64,000 nucleotides of DNA from an uncultured Marinoscillum sp. (GTDB taxonomy: Bacteria > Bacteroidota > Bacteroidia > Cytophagales > MED-G16), in contig CACOMW010000004.1 in the NCBI GenBank assembly GCA_902628365.1, positions 8,654 through 72,653 on the forward strand. The letters run 5' to 3'. The notes beneath the pieces are model-generated. The model searched no databases, had not been told where the DNA came from, and worked only from the letters and a program-made list of their open reading frames with translations. Position numbers and translations under genes: made by a program. Of this stretch, positions 59,599 through 64,000 are shown piece by piece. Position 1 is the stretch's first letter, and the number at the start of each line of letters is the position of its first letter.

Positions 59599-62500
59599 AT
59601 GAAAAAATTATACTTTATTATATTCTTAACAATCTCTTCTTTTCTTTCTTACGGACAGAAATACTTTGTTGGTGGTCATGGAAATAACGAATGGTCTAAT
59701 GCTTCGAACTGGAGCAATGGGAAACCAAATGCTTTAAATGCTGTGGTTGTTATAAAAGCCGCAACAGTAGTTGTTGATCAAAATGTTACTATAGGTTGGC
59801 TTAAAAAAGCTAAAATTAATGGAACAAAATATAATACTGTTATAACTACTTCAAATAATTCTACATTAACCCTTAGTGGTAAAGGAACTGGAGGTAATAC
59901 TATTTCTATTGTAAATCTTGAAGTAGGAAAAGATTTAAAATTGGATTTGCCTGTTAAAATATTAAAAGAAGGAAATCAAGAATATGAAGATATTAAAGTG
60001 AATGAGCCAGGTTCTGCATCTATAACATTTGGCTCAAATTCAACTCTTACTTTAGAGAATCATATAAGAATAATTGCATCTCTTGGAACTAGAAGAGTAC
60101 ATTTTAATGGTACATTATTAGGTGCTAAGTCAATAAAATTCGGAAGTGCTGGAACTAATGTTAATACTAGAAATACAATTCAATTTGGATCAGGGTTTAA
60201 CGCTGCTAATTGGACAGGAAATATAGTATTTAGTCAAAATTATTGTCAAGTGAATTCCTTCGTTGCAAATTCAAATACTCTCCTACCTCAAAACTCCAAA
60301 ATTGAAACATTAGATAATGTAACTGGTTCCTTGCTGAAATTAGAGGGATCAAATGCTTACATTTATGGGATTCTTAAATCAGCTGGCGGAAATAATGGAG
60401 GCCCATTAAATGTTACTATAAATGCCAATCAATCTTATATGGGAATTTTAAATGTTGGAGCTCAAAATATAAATGTTAATATAGCTAATGGTGTCACTCG
60501 AGTTTGGTTTGCAGATCATTCTGGAGTAGCAAACTGGGGAATTGGTAAGCTAAATATTCAATCTGGTTTTGCTGCTAACGAAATAAAATTTGGTAGTAAT
60601 GCCTCTGGACTTTCTGCAGCAAATCTTGCAAAAGTAGCTGTTCATGTAGCAGGAGCAATATCTTTAGATGCTTCAGGCTATCTAAAGGTAGCAGGCTCAA
60701 GTGAATTTACAAATGCAGGAGGAAATAATCTTTGGTCTAATGCAGCAAACTGGAGCGATGGGGTTCCTACTTCAACTGTTGCTGCAACAATTAAGGCTAC
60801 ATCTGTAATTTTAGATGTAAATGCAGAAGTTAAACAATTAAAATTAGCAAATAATATAGGTGATGCTACAATTTCAAATCCAGCTAATAATAATTCTACA
60901 CTTACAATTAACGGTACTGGGGTAACACAGCCAATCCAAAACAACTCAGGAAATGATGATCTTGACTTTAATGTAAAAGTGATTTTACCTTCTAACGATG
61001 CGGAAAGTTACTCAAATACTGTCGCCGGTGCTGCTAAAACTGCTAGTATGACTTTTAGTAAAGAGTTAGCATTAACAGGAAGTGGTGTTACAAAATTTGT
61101 AGCTCAAGATAATAAAAGTGTTCATTTAAACGGTATTTTAAGTGGCAGTGGGCCGCTACATTTTGCAGGTATTTCAAAAGTAAATTTTGGAAGTGAATTT
61201 AATGCCAGCAATTATACAGGCGATATCACACTAATTGGAAATAATAGTACTGTAATTTCAAATACTAAAGATAACAACACATTCCTTCCTGCTGGCAGAT
61301 TATTACAAACAGAAGCTGGCGCAGGTAAAGGTGATGGACATACAATTACTGTTAATGGAGCAAATACATTAAAAGGAAATATAAAAACTACCGCTGGAGA
61401 TGTAAGCTTAAATATAAATAAAAGTCAATCTAGTGTTGGAACAATGACTATAGGAGATGGTGATTTAAATCTTACTATAAACGCCAATGCAACCGAAGTT
61501 AACTTTGCTGACCATGCTAATGTGAATTGGGGAGCTGGAAAACTTGTGGTATCAGGTTTTGTAGATAATGTAATGAAATTTGGAACCAATGCTCAAGGGC
61601 TTACTGCGGCACAACTAGCCAAAATAGATGTTGGAGGTAGAAATCCAGAAATTGCAGCTAATGGAAAGCTTACTATTCCAGTGGCTACAGCAAATCTTAC
61701 TGTAAACACTACAGATATAAAAGAATCAGGTGCAACATCTGCTACTGTTACAGTCACATTAAGCAAGGCTTTAGCTACTAATGAAACGGTAACATTAGCT
61801 GCTACCGGTACTGCTACAGGAAGTGGAACAGATTATACATTAAGTACTACATCTATAGCTATAGCTGCTGGTCAAACAACAGGAACAGCTACAGTGACTG
61901 CAGTTGACGATGTTATTGATGATAATAATGAAACTGTAATCATTGATATTGCCAGTGTTTCAGCAAATGTGGTTGAAAATGGAACGCAACAGGTAACTAT
62001 AACAATTGAAGATAATGATATAGGTGCTTCTGATTTTGATAATGGAGGTGCAAATAACAGAGCTGGAAGTGGTAATAATTTATGGTCCAATGCTGCAAAC
62101 TGGAGTAATGGCAAGCCTAATATAACTACTGCAAAAGTTACTCTAAAAGCATCACCAATAGTAGATAGTGATGTTGAAGTGGCACAAATTAAAGTTGCTA
62201 CTACAGCTGGTGACTTAACGGTAAGTTCTGCTAACAACTCAACGCTTACCTTAAATGGAACTGGTGTTACTCAACCTGTCCAACACAATGCTGCTGGAAA
62301 GGATTTGAAATTTAAAGCGTTAAAAGTAGTGATTTCTTCTAGTGACGAGGAAATTGTTAAAGCGACAGGCATTGGTTTATCTACTATAACATTTGATACT
62401 GATTCTGAGCTAACGCTTAGCGCACAAACAGAGTTTGTTGCAGAAGGAAATAGAGAAATTCGTATGAATGGGGTTTTAAAAGGTGATAAAGCATTTATTG

Positions 62501-64000
62501 TAGGAAACGGAACAGATGTGTTCTTTGGAAATGCAGCAAATAATAGCACATTTACTGGTGGATTTAAATATAAAGGTACTAACTCTAAAATTACCTCTAA
62601 TATTACTCCAAGTGCTAATAACCCAAGTCTATTCCTAAAGGCTGGGGCTTCTGTACAACCTGGAGTAGCAGCAAATGCTAGTTTGATTCTAAACGGAGCA
62701 AATACTTATGGTGGTAACATTATGATTCAAAACAATAAAGAATTTGTTGTTAAAGTGAATGCAAATCAAGCTGATGCTGGACTAGTCGATTTAGATTCTG
62801 GTAACTTGAAGTTAGTGATGGGTGCAAATGTTACTTCTTTAGCATTTGATAATGCATCTCAAGTATCATGGGGAGCTGGAACCATGCAGATAACAAATTT
62901 TGTTGATAAAGTTATAAGCTTTGGAACAGATTCAACAGGTTTAACTGTAGCGCAACTTGCTAAAATAAATATTGGAAATACAGATGCAGTAATTGATACT
63001 AATGGAAAGATAGCAGGTAAAGTTACAGCACAATCTACCTTCACTAACGCTGGAGGAGATCATTTATGGTCTAACAAGGCAAACTGGAGCAATGGAATAC
63101 CAAATACAACTCTTGCTCAAATTGTTTTAACTGACTCTCTAATATTAGATACAAATGCTGAAATTGCACAGTTAAAAGTTTCTGGTGTTAATACACCTAA
63201 TGTTGTGACTGTCACATCAAATAATAATTCTACATTAACTTTCAATGGAAAATCTGTTGGTGCTATTATACAGAATAACAGAAGTGATTTAGATTTATAT
63301 TTTGATATTAAAGTTGTCAGTTCACCTGATACGATAAAAAGCATACAAGTTAATGGAGGTGGTACCTCTAGTATAACTTTTGGTCGAACTTCAGATTTAA
63401 CATTAAATAAAGCTACAAGGTTTTTAGCTCAAGGTGCAAATAGGAATATTAAATTACATGGAATATTAAGAGGTGCAGGTGCATTCCAAGTTGGGGCTAT
63501 GTCTTCGGCAATATTTGAACCAGCTTCAGACAACGCCAATTTTACTGGTGTATTAGACTTATATGGTCAAGGAGCAACTATAACTGCTAAAACAACAGGT
63601 TCAGTAAACAGTCCTAAATCATTTTTGGATGCTGGTAAAAAACTATTGGTAACTGGAATTGCTGCTAGGCTTAATTTAGATGCTGATAACATTTTAAATG
63701 GAAACATCGAAAATGGGCCATATGGAGCTCTTAAAGTATTTGTAAATAAAAAACAAGAAACAGTTGGGACTATAAAAGTAGGTCAATCTGATTCTGAAAT
63801 TGTTTTGGATACCGCACTATACAGTACAACTAATACGATTGTTTCTTTTGCTGATCACTCTAATGTTACATGGGGATTAGGTAAACTTATTGTTAAAGGG
63901 TTTAAAGATAAATCGCTTAGATTTGGAACAAACGCTAGTGGTTTGCCACAAAATCTACTTGATAAAGTGTTTGTTGGTGGTGGAAAAGTTGTAATTGACT
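59599..64000 (+). CDS. giant secreted repeat protein (>=1467 aa, 3' end beyond window), beta-helix/adhesin-like modules plus a Calx-beta-like domain
   Basis: Hand translation from ATG 59599 in frame 1 found no stop up to base 64000. Signal peptide MKKLYFIIFLTISSFLSYGQ. Four tandem modules. Not in the supplied ORF track, since it has no stop in the window. Confidence 0.85.
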   Translation, partial: MKKLYFIIFLTISSFLSYGQKYFVGGHGNNEWSNASNWSNGKPNALNAVVVIKAATVVVDQNVTIGWLKKAKINGTKYNTVITTSNNSTLTLSGKGTGGNTISIVNLEVGKDLKLDLPVKILKEGNQEYEDIKVNEPGSASITFGSNSTLTLENHIRIIASLGTRRVHFNGTLLGAKSIKFGSAGTNVNTRNTIQFGSGFNAANWTGNIVFSQNYCQVNSFVANSNTLLPQNSKIETLDNVTGSLLKLEGSNAYIYGILKSAGGNNGGPLNVTINANQSYMGILNVGAQNINVNIANGVTRVWFADHSGVANWGIGKLNIQSGFAANEIKFGSNASGLSAANLAKVAVHVAGAISLDASGYLKVAGSSEFTNAGGNNLWSNAANWSDGVPTSTVAATIKATSVILDVNAEVKQLKLANNIGDATISNPANNNSTLTINGTGVTQPIQNNSGNDDLDFNVKVILPSNDAESYSNTVAGAAKTASMTFSKELALTGSGVTKFVAQDNKSVHLNGILSGSGPLHFAGISKVNFGSEFNASNYTGDITLIGNNSTVISNTKDNNTFLPAGRLLQTEAGAGKGDGHTITVNGANTLKGNIKTTAGDVSLNINKSQSSVGTMTIGDGDLNLTINANATEVNFADHANVNWGAGKLVVSGFVDNVMKFGTNAQGLTAAQLAKIDVGGRNPEIAANGKLTIPVATANLTVNTTDIKESGATSATVTVTLSKALATNETVTLAATGTATGSGTDYTLSTTSIAIAAGQTTGTATVTAVDDVIDDNNETVIIDIASVSANVVENGTQQVTITIEDNDIGASDFDNGGANNRAGSGNNLWSNAANWSNGKPNITTAKVTLKASPIVDSDVEVAQIKVATTAGDLTVSSANNSTLTLNGTGVTQPVQHNAAGKDLKFKALKVVISSSDEEIVKATGIGLSTITFDTDSELTLSAQTEFVAEGNREIRMNGVLKGDKAFIVGNGTDVFFGNAANNSTFTGGFKYKGTNSKITSNITPSANNPSLFLKAGASVQPGVAANASLILNGANTYGGNIMIQNNKEFVVKVNANQADAGLVDLDSGNLKLVMGANVTSLAFDNASQVSWGAGTMQITNFVDKVISFGTDSTGLTVAQLAKINIGNTDAVIDTNGKIAGKVTAQSTFTNAGGDHLWSNKANWSNGIPNTTLAQIVLTDSLILDTNAEIAQLKVSGVNTPNVVTVTSNNNSTLTFNGKSVGAIIQNNRSDLDLYFDIKVVSSPDTIKSIQVNGGGTSSITFGRTSDLTLNKATRFLAQGANRNIKLHGILRGAGAFQVGAMSSAIFEPASDNANFTGVLDLYGQGATITAKTTGSVNSPKSFLDAGKKLLVTGIAARLNLDADNILNGNIENGPYGALKVFVNKKQETVGTIKVGQSDSEIVLDTALYSTTNTIVSFADHSNVTWGLGKLIVKGFKDKSLRFGTNASGLPQNLLDKVFVGGGKVVID
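59692..60732 (+). repeat. giant-protein module 1 (347 aa period)
   Basis: Opens with WSNASNWSNGKPN. Contains NNSTLTLSGKG, ADHSGVANWGIGKLNIQSGF, and KFGSNASGLSAANLAKV. Confidence 0.8.
60733..61680 (+). repeat. giant-protein module 2
   Basis: Opens with WSNAANWSDGVPT. Contains NNNSTLTINGTG, ADHANVNWGAGKLVVSGF, and KFGTNAQGLTAAQLAKI. Confidence 0.8.
61690..62019 (+). other. Calx-beta-like domain inserted between modules 2 and 3
   Basis: ESGATSATVTVTLS...TVTLAATGTATGSGTDYTLSTTSIAIAAGQTTGTATVTAVDDVIDDNNETVIIDI...QQVTITIEDND matches the Calx-beta pattern (DY...G.T...v.i.DD...E..E.f.v.l...I.D.D). Confidence 0.7.
62083..63066 (+). repeat. giant-protein module 3 (328 aa period)
   Basis: Opens with WSNAANWSNGKPN. 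Contains NNSTLTLNGTG, DNASQVSWGAGTMQITNF, and SFGTDSTGLTVAQLAKI. Confidence 0.8.
63067..64000 (+). repeat. giant-protein module 4 (cut by window edge)
   Basis: Opens with WSNKANWSNGIPN. Contains NNNSTLTFNGKS, ADHSNVTWGLGKLIVKGF, and RFGTNASGLPQNLLDKV. Confidence 0.8.

Noticed and set aside
60678-63344. Five minus-strand ORFs from the track (60678-60944, 61872-62237, 62271-62549, 62859-63044, 63117-63344)
   Set aside because: All lie antisense inside the uninterrupted plus-strand giant ORF (59599 to beyond 64000). Their products are low-complexity (A/V/T/S/L-rich) mirror translations, with no signal or motif. They are shadow ORFs.
52734-64000. PUL plus giant gene as a horizontally acquired island, based on visibly higher G+C
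   Set aside because: Spot counts gave 24/60 G+C at 57301-57360 and 10/60 at 36001-36060, but also 22/60 in gyrA (44161-44220). Composition therefore tracks gene type rather than an island boundary. No flanking tRNA, integrase or direct repeats were seen. A sliding-window GC or k-mer analysis would be needed.
1-64000. Search for rRNA, tRNA, CRISPR arrays, IS elements/transposases, integrases, phage genes and known defence systems
   Set aside because: No GC-rich cloverleaf-like islands appear in any spacer. No repeat-spacer arrays are present. No ORF has DDE/tyrosine-recombinase/serine-recombinase, nuclease-helicase or reverse-transcriptase motifs that I could recognise by eye. Absence cannot be proven without tRNAscan/Infernal/HMM runs.

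Overview
Gene-dense, very AT-rich chromosomal segment of about 55 CDS with tiny or overlapping spacers. It looks like a Bacteroidota (Flavobacteriia-like) genome: a SusC/SusD pair, lipoprotein and Sec signal peptides ending in 'SC' or 'AQ', and TAnnTTTG -7 boxes upstream of several genes. Most of the window is housekeeping (mnmE, smc, gltA, tyrS, holA, folC, trmB, mnmA, rpe, gyrA, msrA, type II glutamine synthetase, acyl-CoA dehydrogenase) plus transporters (SSS, NSS, ZIP, CNNM, FtsX-type permease). Three blocks stand out. (a) A minus-strand operon at 4.4-12.1 kb encodes exported hydrolases (HExxH lipoprotein, gamma-glutamyltransferase, S45 penicillin/AHL-acylase family) together with a Cys/Met-family PLP enzyme and a MORN-repeat protein, with a Kazal-type lipoprotein next door. 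(b) A 10-gene plus-strand string at 31.3-41.3 kb contains a Tol-Pal-like set: TPR giant, putative OM barrel, SPOR protein, ExbB, ExbD and a TonB-like protein. (c) A compact polysaccharide utilisation locus at 50.3-59.6 kb (GH3, SusC, SusD, GH128-type glucanase with a CBM, small lipoprotein) is followed by the most notable object. This is a giant secreted ORF starting at 59599 that is still open at base 64000 (1467 codons translated by hand, no stop). It is absent from the supplied ORF track, presumably because it has no stop in the window. It consists of four tandem 330-350 aa modules plus a Calx-beta-like insert. I recognised no rRNA, tRNA, CRISPR array, transposase, integrase or obvious defence genes. 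All product calls rest on motif recognition by eye; no database search was possible.
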